In this document: positions 1-11,429 of the stretch, piece by piece
Layout of the letters: each line of letters starts with the position of its first letter
How positions within the stretch are numbered: the first letter of the stretch is position 1
Origin: Rebecca billardiae RCC1528
Lineage: Eukaryota; Protista; Haptophyta
Length of the DNA: 64,000 bases
Reading direction: 5' to 3'
Assembly (NCBI GenBank): GCA_965240325.2
Contig: OZ251227.1
Span: 2,790,001 to 2,854,000, forward strand
Program-made: the position numbers and the translations under genes
The notes under the pieces: generated by a model
What the model was told of the DNA's origin: nothing
What the model saw: only the letters and a program-made list of their open reading frames with translations
The model's database searches: none

Positions 1-77
1 GCTCGCACCTCAGCAGCACTGGCAGCAACCTGGCTGTTCGTGTCTGGCCTCGTCGTGCGTGCACCCCCCACGCGGCG

Positions 78-944
78 TCAGATGGATGCCAGCGACCACG
101 TCGTCATCTTTCTCGTCGGCACCTGCATGGCCATCTCCGCATAGTCCTCGTGCGTGATGTGGTAGAAGCTCGGGGGCGCGTCCGCGGGTGGGGTGATGCC
201 CTTGGCGCGCAGCTCGGCATTCGCGCGCTTCTGCGCGCGCTGCTCCTCGATGTGCCGAGCCTCGCGCTCCACGAGCGTCTCACGCCCCTGCGATAGCTCC
301 GCCGTGCGCACCCGCCGCCTCGCCCGCTCAACCTCGAGCTGCGTAAGCTGCTCGCGCTCCTTTTGCGTGAGCGCTTCAGTCGAGCTGTGCCATGGCGTCT
401 TGGCGCCGAGCCGCGGGTGCACGTACTCCTCGCCTTGCCTCTGGTACGGCGGGCGGATCAGGTTTGGGTGCGAGCGGTGGTTATCGCTGAGGAAGTCGCG
501 CTGCGAGACCTGGAACTTGTTCGCGCGCGGGACGAACGACTCGGTCGAGCGCGTGTCCAGCCACTCAGCGCGGTAATTGTAGTCAGCACGTTTGACCGAA
601 TCGTACGCAAGGAGCTGCCGCTGCATCGGCCTGTCGGGGAAGCGATGGCCGAGATAGGTCGTTGGGTTCCACCCAGGGCGCTGCAGCCCGAGGATATCCA
701 TCTTCTTCGCCTCGATCACCTCCCGGCGCGCGGCTCGCGCGGCCGGAGGGACGGCATTCACGTTGAAGGCCTTGACCGTCGGCGAGAAATTTACGCTAGT
801 TCGTCGGCCTCGAGAGTTCTCTGCGGGGGATTGGCGCGGTGCAGCACGCACAGGCGCACGGCAGGACGGCGTGAGCGCGGAGGCATCACTGCCACTCTGT
901 CGCCGCGCCGCGCGGCGAGGGTGCAAGCGCTCACCGAACGACAT
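78..944 (-). CDS. Hypothetical protein (~250 aa); probable exons 944-935 and 820-78, with a 114-nt in-frame intron at 934-821
   Basis: ATG at 944. The GTGAGC donor at 934 and the ...CCCCGCAG acceptor at 821 splice in frame to give MSFENSRGRRTSVNF.... The removed segment is low-complexity and GC-rich, and the remainder has host-like codon usage and a charged coiled-coil-like C-terminus. No family recognised. Confidence 0.65.
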   Translation of the reverse strand: MSFGERLHPRRAARRQSGSDASALTPSCRAPVRAAPRQSPAENSRGRRTSVNFSPTVKAFNVNAVPPAARAARREVIEAKKMDILGLQRPGWNPTTYLGHRFPDRPMQRQLLAYDSVKRADYNYRAEWLDTRSTESFVPRANKFQVSQRDFLSDNHRSHPNLIRPPYQRQGEEYVHPRLGAKTPWHSSTEALTQKEREQLTQLEVERARRRVRTAELSQGRETLVEREARHIEEQRAQKRANAELRAKGITPPADAPPSFYHITHEDYAEMAMQVPTRKMTTWSLASI

Positions 945-1082
945 GGCAAGATCGAGGCTGCGAAGAAAACCGACGATCTTGACGTTTTCTCGGCATCCGG
1001 ACTGCACATGCACCGGACTCTCAACTCAGCGGCAGGGCGGCCCTGACCGAGGAAGCCGCGAGCATCACGACGCGCTCCGCTG

Positions 1083-1679
1083 ATGCTCGCCGCGTGTCGT
1101 CGGCCGGCGTGGGCGCGTTTCGTGCCGCTCGCACGGCGCGCGCAGTTCGCGTCGACCGTGGCGGACGACTACTTTGCGCTGCTGGGCTGCGAGCGCCGCT
1201 TCGACCTCGACCCGGAGGCGCTTCACCACACGTACAAGCAGCTGGTGGTGGAAGCGCATCCAGACAAGCTCGCCGGCCAGCCGGAAGAGGAGCGGCTCGC
1301 TGCGCAGAGGCACGCCTCCGAGCTCACGCACGCGTTCAGCGTCCTGAAGAATCCGGCCGCGCGCGCGAAGCACATGCTCGAGCTGTACGGCGCGCCGCTC
1401 ACAGAGGAGACCGGCCCTGGGGCGGTCGACGGCTTGTTCCTGATGCGCGTGATGGAGATGCGTGAAGCGATTGAGGACGCGAAGTCGCGAGCGCAGCTGG
1501 AGCAAATGCGTGCAGAGAACAGCATGGAAATGGCCTCGATAGGAAACGACCTAGCGCGAGCGTTCGTCGACAACGATCTCGACAATGCCAGGCGGTTGGT
1601 TGCGGCGCTGCAGTATGTGCAGAGGATCGACAAAGAGATTGAAGAGCGACTGCACAATGGCCACGGGCTGTCAGAATGA
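1083..1679 (+). CDS. HSCB: Fe-S cluster co-chaperone HscB/Hsc20 (Jac1-like), probably mitochondrial
   Basis: Arg-rich N-terminal presequence and a J-domain (DYFALLG...F.LD...HPDK...AFSVLKNP..RAKHML). The HscB C-terminal domain follows (FLMRVMEMREAIE...LQYVQRI). Confidence 0.9.
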   Translation: MLAACRRPAWARFVPLARRAQFASTVADDYFALLGCERRFDLDPEALHHTYKQLVVEAHPDKLAGQPEEERLAAQRHASELTHAFSVLKNPAARAKHMLELYGAPLTEETGPGAVDGLFLMRVMEMREAIEDAKSRAQLEQMRAENSMEMASIGNDLARAFVDNDLDNARRLVAALQYVQRIDKEIEERLHNGHGLSE

Positions 1680-2114
1680 CAAATATCGATGCTAGCGTCG
1701 GACTACGATGGTGAGGATAGCTACTTTCGTCTGACTCAGATCAGGATCGGTTTTGTATCAGGCGGGCGTTCCCCGCGCTGGACCTGGTCATGAATACGCC
1801 AATTCGGCGGAACCGCCGCGCCCTCGCGTTCCTATTATTGAAATTGGCTTCCTCTATTTCAAGCGGGCGGTATACATTTGATTACGGCCCGCGCCAGTCC
1901 GGTAGCAATGCCCCCCCAGGGGGGGGGGCATTGCTTTCGGGAGCGTGTGGCAGGATCCCGGGAACGCCCTTGACGCAGCGCTGTGATATGCACCTGTACA
2001 GTTTCAATGGCGTCAGTCCCGTCCGCGACGCCGTCACTCGGGCAAGCATCAGCATAGCATATATATGATGATATATGTGTGTATATATATATACACACAT
2101 ATACACACATATAT

Positions 2115-2619
2115 TGTCAAAAGCCCAAGGCAGCCATTGGCGCCATTCCCCAGCTCGAGGTTTCAATCTCAAGGCGCTGAGCAATTCTAAGCGCCACCAT
2201 GCTGAGGCTTCATTCCAATTCAAAACCTTATCATCGACCTCAACTGTCGGTTTTATTCACGTCCAGTGCACCAATTCATTCATCATCATTCATCGTGCAT
2301 TTCATAATGGCCAACAAGCGTCGCGGAACAATCCAGGACTATCAAAGCTCCTGAGATGTTCTCAAGCCTTCGCAGGGCAATGCACTATCAGATCATTCCG
2401 AGAACGTGCCTTCGCAATCAGAAGCCGAGAAGCATCTCCAAACTTTCTAATCACGAAAGTTCTGAGATGAGTCCTTTTTGAGAACCCTACAAAAGTTTTT
2501 CTCAGCGATCTGGAGCTACACCAGCCACACAACAAAACCGAACTGATCAGCAAGCAGGGAGACCCCTGCGCCACCATCGCCAAAGAGCGAACCTCCGCCA
2601 GCGCACGAAGTGCCAATCA
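2115..2619 (+). repeat. 5' LTR (505 bp)
   Basis: TGTCAAAAGCCC...GTGCCAATCA. Matches 18173-18677 except A2458 vs C18516, by eye. Confidence 0.97.
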
Positions 2620-3313
2620 TGAGCTCATGGGAGCTTCGCGGCGGACAACGTGGGAACACACCGCGCGGACGCGCGCGGTTTCACCCGAACTCGAAGGTCG
2701 ACATCCGCGAGGATTTGACCAACAACAACACCATCGTACCGGCGATGCGGGACGCACAGCGCCAATCGCACCGCACCGAATACTCTCGATCTCCCCAGCT
2801 GTCGCAAGGCAAGTGGACGCGTACCCCGATCCACTGGCAGCGCTCATTCGAGAACCTCGACTCCCGCTTCGGATTCCCAGCGGATCGAGCAAGATCCCAA
2901 CCGAGTCAACGGCCGCTACGGTGACGACGCCGAGCGCCGAGGACCAAGGGACGTGCGCCGCAAGCGGCGCCACCACATCGAAGTACCTGAAGGCGAGTCG
3001 CGACGCCCGGAGCACTTCGGGTCACACATCACCGCGCCCCCGCAGCGGGACCCGTCCCAGCCGCTCCAGCAGCTGGACCACAACAACCAAGCCAAGCAGC
3101 GCGCGGTCGACCGAGACGCGCCGATCGAGCAGAGCGCCGCCGCGCCGCGCGCCGCGCCAACTTACTCCATGACGACCCCCAGCGCGCAGACGCAACAGGG
3201 AGGATCGCTGGAGTTCGAGCCGTCCCCATATCCCCAGCAGCGCCGCGGAGCGCGGGGATGGAGCGGGCCCTCCAAGCCCATGGCGGAATGTTGGGCGTCG
3301 CCAGGGCAGTCGC

Positions 3314-4285
3314 CACCGGAAAGGGCTGCTGGCGGCTGTTTCCCGGGAACAAACTTGGTCCGCCAGCAGCCCTCCCGCCCCGCCCTATCAATACTGCTTG
3401 CACCCGCCGCTGGCGGCGCTCGTGGCGAGGCCCGCTGGCAGCCCCTCTCGCGCCAGGCGACAAATACGCCGCCCGCCCGTAGCTGGCGCTTGCAGAAAGG
3501 CCGCCAGCGGCCCTCCCGCCCCGTCAAATCAATATGCTTGCACCCGCCGCTGGCGGCGCTCGTGGAGTCGTGCGGCAAGGCCCGCTGGCAGCCCCTCTCG
3601 AGCCCGGCGACAAATACGCCGCCCACCCGTAGCTGGCGCTTGCAGAAAGGCCGCCAGCGGCCCTCCCGCCCCGTCAAATCAATATGCTTGCACCCGCCGC
3701 TGGCGGCGCTCGTGGAGTCGTGCGGCAAGGCCCGCTGGCAGCCCCTCTCGAGCCCGGCGACAAATACGCCGCCCCGGCCCGTAGCTGGCGCTTGCAGAAA
3801 GGCCGCCAGCGGCCCTCCCGCCCCGTCAAATCAATATGCTTGCACCCGCCGCTGGCGGCGCTCGTGGCGAGGCCCGCTGGCAGCCCCTCTCGCGCCCGGC
3901 GACAAATACGCCGTCGCCCGTAGCTGGCGCTTGCAGAAAGGCCGCCAGCGGCCCTCCCGCCCCGTCAAATCAATATGCTTGCACCCGCCGCTGGCGGCGC
4001 TCGTAGCAAGGCCCGCTGGCAGCCCCTCTCGCGCCTGGCGACAAATACGCCGCCCGCCCGTAGCTGGCCGCTTGCAGAACGGCCGCCAGCGGCCCTCCCG
4101 CCCCGTCAAATCAATATGCTTGCACCCGCCGCTGGCGGCGCTCGTGGAGTCGTGGCAAGGCCCGCTGGCAGCCCCTCTCGCGCCTGGCGACGAGGGCATA
4201 CGCCGTCGGCTCGTCGCCCGTAGCTGGCGCTTGCAGAAGGGCCGGCAGCAGTGCTCAAGCAGCCCTCCCGCCCCGCCAAATCATC
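3314..4285 (+). repeat. Tandem array A, left arm (~6 units of 139-152 bp)
   Basis: Marker TCAATA(T/CT)GCTTGCACCCGCCGCTGGCGGCG at 3388, 3529, 3679, 3831, 3970 and 4111. Confidence 0.95.
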
Positions 4286-4849
4286 AGCTTGGCAGCGCGC
4301 GCGCCCGCGCGAGCCCGCGCCGCGCGAGGCCGCCCCCGAGGGCGAGGCCGGCACGGTGGCACGCGCGCGCGCGCGCGCGGACGTGTTCGGAGCTCGCCCA
4401 GTCGCACTGATTCCCCCTGGGCTGCCTCAGCGGCCGGGGCCGCGGTGGGTGGTGCGGCGGATGACGCGGTGGACGGCGCGGCCAGCGGGCGCACGGCGTG
4501 GGCCGGCGGGCGCGGCGGCGGCCCCCACCTCTGCTGCGGCGCCGCCGCACACGCCGGCGGCGCGCTCCCACGAGTGGACGCTCTGTCTGGCTCCCGTCTC
4601 TCCGCGCCGCGCGAGCCCGCGCCGCCTGCGCCCGCCGCGCGCCTTAGCGGCGGGGCCGGCGGCGGCGTGGACGAGGTAGCTGTGCAGGCGGCGGCAGTGT
4701 CGGCAGCAGCGGCGGCGCGCCCCACGGGACGAGCATGCCCTTGACCCTCAAGCCGGTGCACGCGCCACCCGCGCACGGTCGCACTCAGCGGCACCGTGCC
4801 CCGCCCGCCGCGGTGGCTGACTCGACGTGAAACGGGGGACGGCGTAGTT

Positions 4850-5370
4850 GGCGTCGGCGTATTGGTTGCCCGGCGCAAGCGAGTCTGCCTGCTGCGGGCC
4901 TCGCCACAAGGCTCACACGTGCCGCCACGGCGGCGGGTGCAAACAGTATTGACGTGTTGGGGCGGGAGGGCGCTGCTGGCAGCCCTTCGACCTGCAAGCG
5001 CCATCACCTGCTAGCTAGGCCTGGGGGCGACGGCGTATTGTCGCCAGGCGCGAGCGGGGCTGCCAGCGGGCCTCGCCACGAGCGCCGCCAGCGGCGGGTG
5101 CAAGCAGTCTTGATAGGGCGGGGCGGGAGGGCTGCCGGCGGACCAAGTTTGTTCCCGGGAAACAGCCGCCAGCAGGCGTTTGCGCGTACTATTAGCATAA
5201 GCTACAGCAGTAGCAGCAGTTATTAGTCTCAGTCGCGCGGGGAGGGCGTCTGCGGGCCCCGCCACTAACGCCGCCAGCGGCGCTTGGTTCAAGCAGTATC
5301 GAATAAGTACACTAGGGGGCGCCGGAGGGCTGCTGGCGGCCCAAGTTTGTTCCCGGGAAACAGCCGCCAC
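4850..5370 (-). repeat. Three degenerate inverted copies of the array A unit
   Basis: CCAAGTTTGTTCCCGGGAAACAGCCGCC near 5143 and 5342 is the reverse complement of ~3330-3358. GGCGGGTGCAA-like motifs occur near 4933 and 5093. Confidence 0.85.
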
Positions 5371-5989
5371 CAAGCCTTCGACCTGGTGGAGCTGGTGTCG
5401 GCTTTAACACGTACATGGCGGACGGGGTCCGCAGGCCGCAGGGTCAAGGATAGAGTCTCTGCTGGGGCCTTGAACATTACCATGGAGGAGAGCATAGGGC
5501 CAAGACTGGTTGCTGGCCCCCGTGCCCAACTATGGCGTGCCCAACGCGGTGACGTCCGTACAGAACTACTCACCCGACACGGGCTCGCTGCTGCCACATC
5601 ATGTGTCGCCATCACGCGCGCCTGCGACGCATCACGTCTGCTGCTTCGATGAGCATCAGGTCTGCAACAGACCAAGGAGGAGCAGCTCACGCGACAGCGC
5701 TTTTGCTAGCTGACCAGGGCTATGACGGGTGTGTTGACGTCGTTGTCTCGGCATGTGTCTGCATCAGGCGGGCTTGCAGCATGCCACGACATCCCGCGGC
5801 GGCGAGTCCCCGACGAATAAACAGGGGCGCGAATAAGTACGACTCGTCCGGTTGGCCTACGTGAATCGTGATGTGCTGCTAGCACTCGTGAGCTATCAGA
5901 GCATGCGCTTGGTGCAAAGCGTGCATGCAATGCTGCTTGCCGCCACCCAGCACACGTGCCACCTAAGGTGCGCGAGCAGGCCCAGCCAC

Positions 5990-7070
5990 GCGACGGCAAT
6001 CGTCAAGGCCGACAAGGCGGTGCGGCGCGGGCGGCGCCGGGCGCGCTGCTCTGGTTGCCGACGATGAGCGGAGCAGCAGCGCAGCAGCCGCTGCTGCGCC
6101 GTGCGTGATCAGTGCATGGAACTAGCGCTAAGTAGGCGCGCATGCCGGCTCGCTGCTTGCCTGCACACGGGCCGCCTGAGCTGCGCGAGCACGGGCCGCA
6201 GCGACGCAGCCGCTCAGCGGCAATCATCACGGCGGCGCGGCGCGGCGCCGGGCGCGCTGCTCTGGTTGCCGACGATGAGCGGAGCAGCAGCGCAGCTGCT
6301 GGTTCTGCGCCGTGCGCAATCGGCGGATGAGCTACGCGTCAAGTGAGCGCGCATGCCGGCTCGCTGCTTGCCTGCACACGGGCCGCCTGAGCTGTGCGAG
6401 CACGGGCCGCAGCGACGCAGCCGCTCAGCGGCAATCATCACGGCAGCGCGGCGCGGCGCCGGGCGCGCTGCTCTGGTTGCCGACGATGAGCGGAGCAGCA
6501 GCGCAGCAGCTGGTTCTGCGCCGTGCGCGATCGGCGGATGAGCTACGCGCCAAGTGAGCGCGCAAGCCGGCTCGCTGCTAGCCTGCGCACGGGCCGCAGC
6601 TGTGTGAGCACGGGCCGCAGCGTCGCAGCCGCTCGGCGGCAACATCACGGCGGCGCGGCGCGGCGCCGGGCGCGCTGCTCCGGTTGCCGACGATGAGCGG
6701 AGCAGCAGCGCAGCAGCCGCTGCTGCGCCGTGCGTGATCGGTGCATGGAACTAGCGCTAAGTAGGCGCGCATGCCGGCTCGCTGCTTGCCTGCGTACGGG
6801 CCGCCTGAGCTGCGCGAGCACGGGCCGCAGCGACGCAGCCGCGCGGCGGCAACATCACGGCGGCGCGGCGCGGCGCCGGGCGTGCTGCTCCGGTTGCCGA
6901 CAATGAGCGGAGCAGCAGCGCAGCAGCCGCTGCTGCGCCATGCGTGATCGGTGCATGAAGCTAGCGCTAAGTAGGCGTGCATGCCGGCTCGCTGCTTGCC
7001 TGCGCACGGGCCGCCTGAGCTGCGCGAGCACTGGCCGCAGCATCGCAGCTGCGCACTGGCAATCGTCAAG
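5990..7070 (-). repeat. Tandem array B, left arm (~5 units of ~210 bp), inverted relative to the right arm
   Basis: Marker GCA(T/A)GCCGGCTCGCTGC near 6140, 6351, 6562, 6769 and 6979. Confidence 0.95.
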
Positions 7071-7859
7071 TACTCAATCGAGGCGGGTGCACAGCTGGTT
7101 GCTCACGATGAGCAGAGCAGCCGCGCAGCTGCTGCCGCAATGGGTATCCTCGTTTGTTACCAGCTCAACAGAGTGGGCGACTCCTACTTGATGCCACTGC
7201 GCCTTTCCTGAACACTGGCTCTACTTGACAATCAACATCTCAATACATATGACCGGAGCAGTGATCAGATGACTACATGTGTCGTCGAGCAACCAAGAGC
7301 AGAGACAGCCTACAGACGGTACCTTCGTAAGCCACCTGGTCAAAGTAAGCCGCAGCGCAAATGCGTATAGGCTACGTCCTGATTGCTGCTGTCGAGCAAG
7401 AAGACGACGCGGTCGATGCGCCACGTAGTCGAGTCTGCAACTGCCCAGAGGCAACGACGCGTCCGACTACCAGGTGGTTGTAGTACTCCGCGGTAGTCTG
7501 CCAAGTGGTCTTGACCGATCAGCGAATGGGCCGTTGTCGTACGCGTTCCTCCGTGCGTAGAGCACCGAGCGCGCACGGGAATGTACTGCCTTAGAGCATA
7601 ACGGCTTGAGATGCATCAGCGCAGCTGCCAGCTGCTGCTACTTGCTTGGCTGATGATGACGATTGTCAGCAGCAATATCAGCTGCTGTGAGCCCTGGCCA
7701 GCATTCGCGTCACCCACGCGCGGCTGCGCCTGGCGGCACACTCTGCACATGGCACGTATATGCTCGACGGCAGCAAGCTAAGGCGCGCGGCTAACTCGGC
7801 GCTCGTTCCATGCCTCGATCGCATACCATACAAGGCCAGCAGATTCATCGTCTACTATC

Positions 7860-10850
7860 ATCGGTGCACCCAGCGCCGCGCCGCGCCGCCTTGACGATTG
7901 CCGCAGCGTGGGTGTGCTGCTGCTGCACCTGCTCGCGCAGCTCAGGCGGCCCGTGCGCAGGCAGGCAGCGAGCCGGCATGCGTGCTCACACGGCGCGAAG
8001 CCCAACCTCCGATCACGCATGGCGGAGCACCAGCAGCTGCGCTGCTGCTCCGCTCATCGTCGGCAACCGGAGCAGCGCGCCCGGCGCCGCGCCACGCCGC
8101 CTTGACGATTGCCGCTGAGCGGCTGCGTCGCTGCGGCCCGTGCTCGCACAGCTCAGGCGGCCCGTGTGCAGGCAAGCAGCGAGCCGGCATGCGCGCCTAC
8201 TTAGCGCTAGTTCCATGCACTGATCACGCACGGCGCAGCAGCGGCTGCTGCGCTGCTGCTCCGCTCATCGTCGGCAACCGGAGCAGCGCGCCCGGCGCCG
8301 CGCCGCGCCGCCGTGATGATTGCCGCCGCGCGGCTGCGACGCTGCGGCCCGTGCTCGCACAGCTCAGGCGGCCCGTGCGCAGGCAAGCAGCGAGCCGGCA
8401 TGCGTGCTCACTTGGCGCGTAGCCCATCCGCCGTGCGCGCACGGAACAACACCGGAAGCTGCGCTGCTGCTCCGCTCATCGTCGGTAACCGGAGCAGCGC
8501 GCCTGGCGCCGCGCCGCGCCGCCTTGACGATTGCCGCCGTGCGACTACGTCGCTGCGGCCCGTGCTCGCACAGCTCAGACGGCCCGTGCGCAGGCAAGCA
8601 GCGAGCCGGCATGCGTGCTCACTCGGCGCGTAGCCCATCCACCGATCGCGCACGGCGCAGCACCAGCAGCTGCGCTGCTGCTCCGCTCATCGTCGGTAAC
8701 CAGAGCAGCGCGCCGGGCGCCGCGCCGCGCCGCCGTGATGTTGCCGCCGCGCGGCTGCGTCGCTGCGGCCCGTGCTCGCACAGCTCAGACAGCCCGTGCG
8801 CAGGCAGGCAGCGAGCCGGCATGCGCGCCTACTTAGCGCTAGTTCCATGCACCGATCACGCACGGCGCAGCACCAGCAGCTGCGCTGCTGCTCCGCTCAT
8901 CGTCGGCAACCGGAGCAGCGCGCCCGGCGCCGCGCCGCGCCGCCGTGATGTTGCCGCCGCGCGGCTGCGTCGCTGCGGCCCGTGCTCGCACAGCTCAGGC
9001 GGCCCGTGCGCAGGCAAGCAGCGAGCCGGCATGCGCGCTCACTTGGCGCGTAGCCCATCCGCCGTGCGCGCACGGAACAACACCAGCAGCTGCGCTGCTG
9101 CTCCGCTCATCGTCGGTAACCAGAGCAGCGCGCCGGGCGCCGCGCCGCGCCGCCGTGATGTTGCCGCCGCGCGGCTGCGTCGCTGCGGCCCGTGCTCGCA
9201 CAGCTCAGACGGCCCGTGCGCAGGCAAGCAGCGAGCCGGCATGCGCGCCTACTTAGCGCTAGTTCCATGCACCGATCACGCACGGCGCAGCACCAGCAGC
9301 TGCGCTGCTGCTCCGTTCATCGTCGGCAACCGGAGCAGCGCGCCCGGCGCCGCGCCGCGCCGCCGTGATGTTGCCGCCGCGCGGCTGCGTCGCTGCGGCC
9401 CGTGCTCGCACAGCTCAGACGGCCCGTGCGCAGGCAGGCAGCGAGCCGGCATGCGCGCCTACTTAGCGCTAGTTCCATGCACCGATCACGCACGGCGCAG
9501 CACCAGCAGCTGCGCTGCTGCTCCGCTCATCGTCGGCAACCGGAGCAGCGCACCCGGCGCCGCGCTGCGCCGCCGTGATGTTGCCGCCGCGCGGCTGCGT
9601 CGCTGCGGCCCGTGCTCGCACAGCTCAGACGGCCCGTGCGCAGGCAAGCAGCGAGCCGGCATGCGCGCTCACTTGGCGCGTAGCTCATCCGCCGTGCGCG
9701 CACGGAACAACACCAGCAGCTGCGCTGCTGCTCCGCTCATCGTCGGTAACCAGAGCAGCGCGCCGGGCGCCGCGCCGCGCCGCCGTGATGTTGCCGCCGC
9801 GCGGCTGCGTCGCTGCGGCCCGTGCTCGCACAGCTCAGACGGCCCGTGCGCAGGCAGGCAGCGAGCCGGCATGCGCGCCTACTTAGCGCTAGTTCCATGC
9901 ACCGATCACGCATGGCGCAGCACCAGCAGCTGCGCTGCTGCTCCGTTCATCGTCGGCAACCGGAGCAGCGCGCCCGGCGCCGCGCCGCGCCGCCTTGACG
10001 ATTGCCGCCGCGCGGCTGCGACGCTGCGGCCCGTGCTCGCACAGCTCAGGCGGCCCGTGCGCAGGCAAGCAGCGAGCCGGCATGCGCGCCTACTTAGCGC
10101 TAGTTCCATGCACCGATCACGCACGGCGCAGCACCAGCAGCTGCGCTGCTGCTCCGTTCATCGTCGGCAACCGGAGCAGCGCGCCCGGCGCCGCGCCGCG
10201 CCGCCTTGACGATTGCCGCCGCGCGGCTGCGACGCTGCGGCCCGTGCTCGCACAGCTCAGACGGCCCGTGCGCAGGCAAGCAGCGAGCCGGCATGCGCGC
10301 TCACTCGGCGCGTAGCCCATCCGCCGTGCGCGCACGGAACAACACCAGAAGCTGCGCTGCTGCTCCGCTCATCGTCGGTAACCGGCGCAGCGCGCCCGGC
10401 GCCGCGCCGCGCCGCCTTGACGATTGCCGCCGTGCGGCTACGTCGCTGCGGCCCGTGCTCGCACAGCTCAGGCGGCCCGTGCGCAGGCAAGCAGCGAGCC
10501 GGCATGCGTGCTCACTCGGCGCGCAGCTCATTCGCCGATCGCGCACGGTGCAGCAGCAGCTGCTGCGCTGCTGCTCCGCTCATCGTCGGCAACCAGAGCA
10601 GCGCGCCGCGCGCCGCCTTCTTGGCGGCGGCTGCGACGCTGCGGCCCATGCTCGCACAGCTCAGGCGGCCCGTGCGCAGGCAAGCAGCGAGCCGGCATGC
10701 GTGCTCACTTGGCGCGCAGCTCATCCGCCGATCGCGCACGGCGCAGCACCAGCAGCTGTGCTGCTGCTCCGCTCATTGTCGGCAGCCAGAGCAGCGCGCC
10801 CGGCGCCGCGCTACGCCGCCTTGATGTTTCCGCCGCGCGGCTGGGCGTGC
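7860..10850 (+). repeat. Tandem array B, right arm (~14 units of 210-211 bp)
   Basis: Marker GAGCCGGCATG recurs every 210-211 bp from ~7970 to ~10496, with a shorter last unit at ~10689. Confidence 0.95.
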
Positions 10851-11429
10851 TCGCACACCATAGGCGGCACGTGTGCTGGGTGGCGGAAAGCAGCAGTGCG
10901 TACACGCTTTGCATTAAGCGCATGCTCTGATTGCGCACTCACGATTCACGTAGGCCGCGTTGTCCTTGTTCGAGCCCCTGCTCATTCGTTCAGGACTCGC
11001 CGCGCGATGTCGTCGCATGCTGCAAGCCCGCCGGATGCAGACAAACACTGTGACAACGCGACGACGAGGACACGCCTGTCGTACTTTAACCTTGGCGAGC
11101 TCTCACAAGTGCCACTGTCGCGTGGGCATGCTGCCTCTTGACGTCGGCTGTCACGAGCAGGCCGATATTGTACACAGAGAAGACGTACAAGGCCACTGTC
11201 GCGCGGCAGCATACGTACAGTATATCTTCGTCTTTCGAGGCTGATGTGTCGTCGATCGAGGCATGACGGGATAAGGCGGCACGATGTGGTAGCAGCAAAC
11301 GCCCATGGCCAAGTGCCTACAGTAAACTTATAAGTTGGACGTGAAGGTCAGCACCCTACCTTGCGCATGTGCATGCTGTCGTCCATGCCCGTCCTGGTGG
11401 CTGCTCACAGCGTCTGCTGGCCTCGCCAC

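Noticed and set aside
8320-10209. 629-aa repetitive ORF in array B, and 485-aa ORF 2953-4410 in array A
   Set aside because: They result from a 210-bp (3n) GC-rich period or similar repeats. The frame breaks wherever units are 211 bp, and there is no domain signal.
5990-10850. CRISPR-like appearance (constant part plus variable part)
   Set aside because: The variable segments recur as two or three related types rather than unique spacers. The constant part is ~165 bp, there are no cas genes, and the context is eukaryotic.
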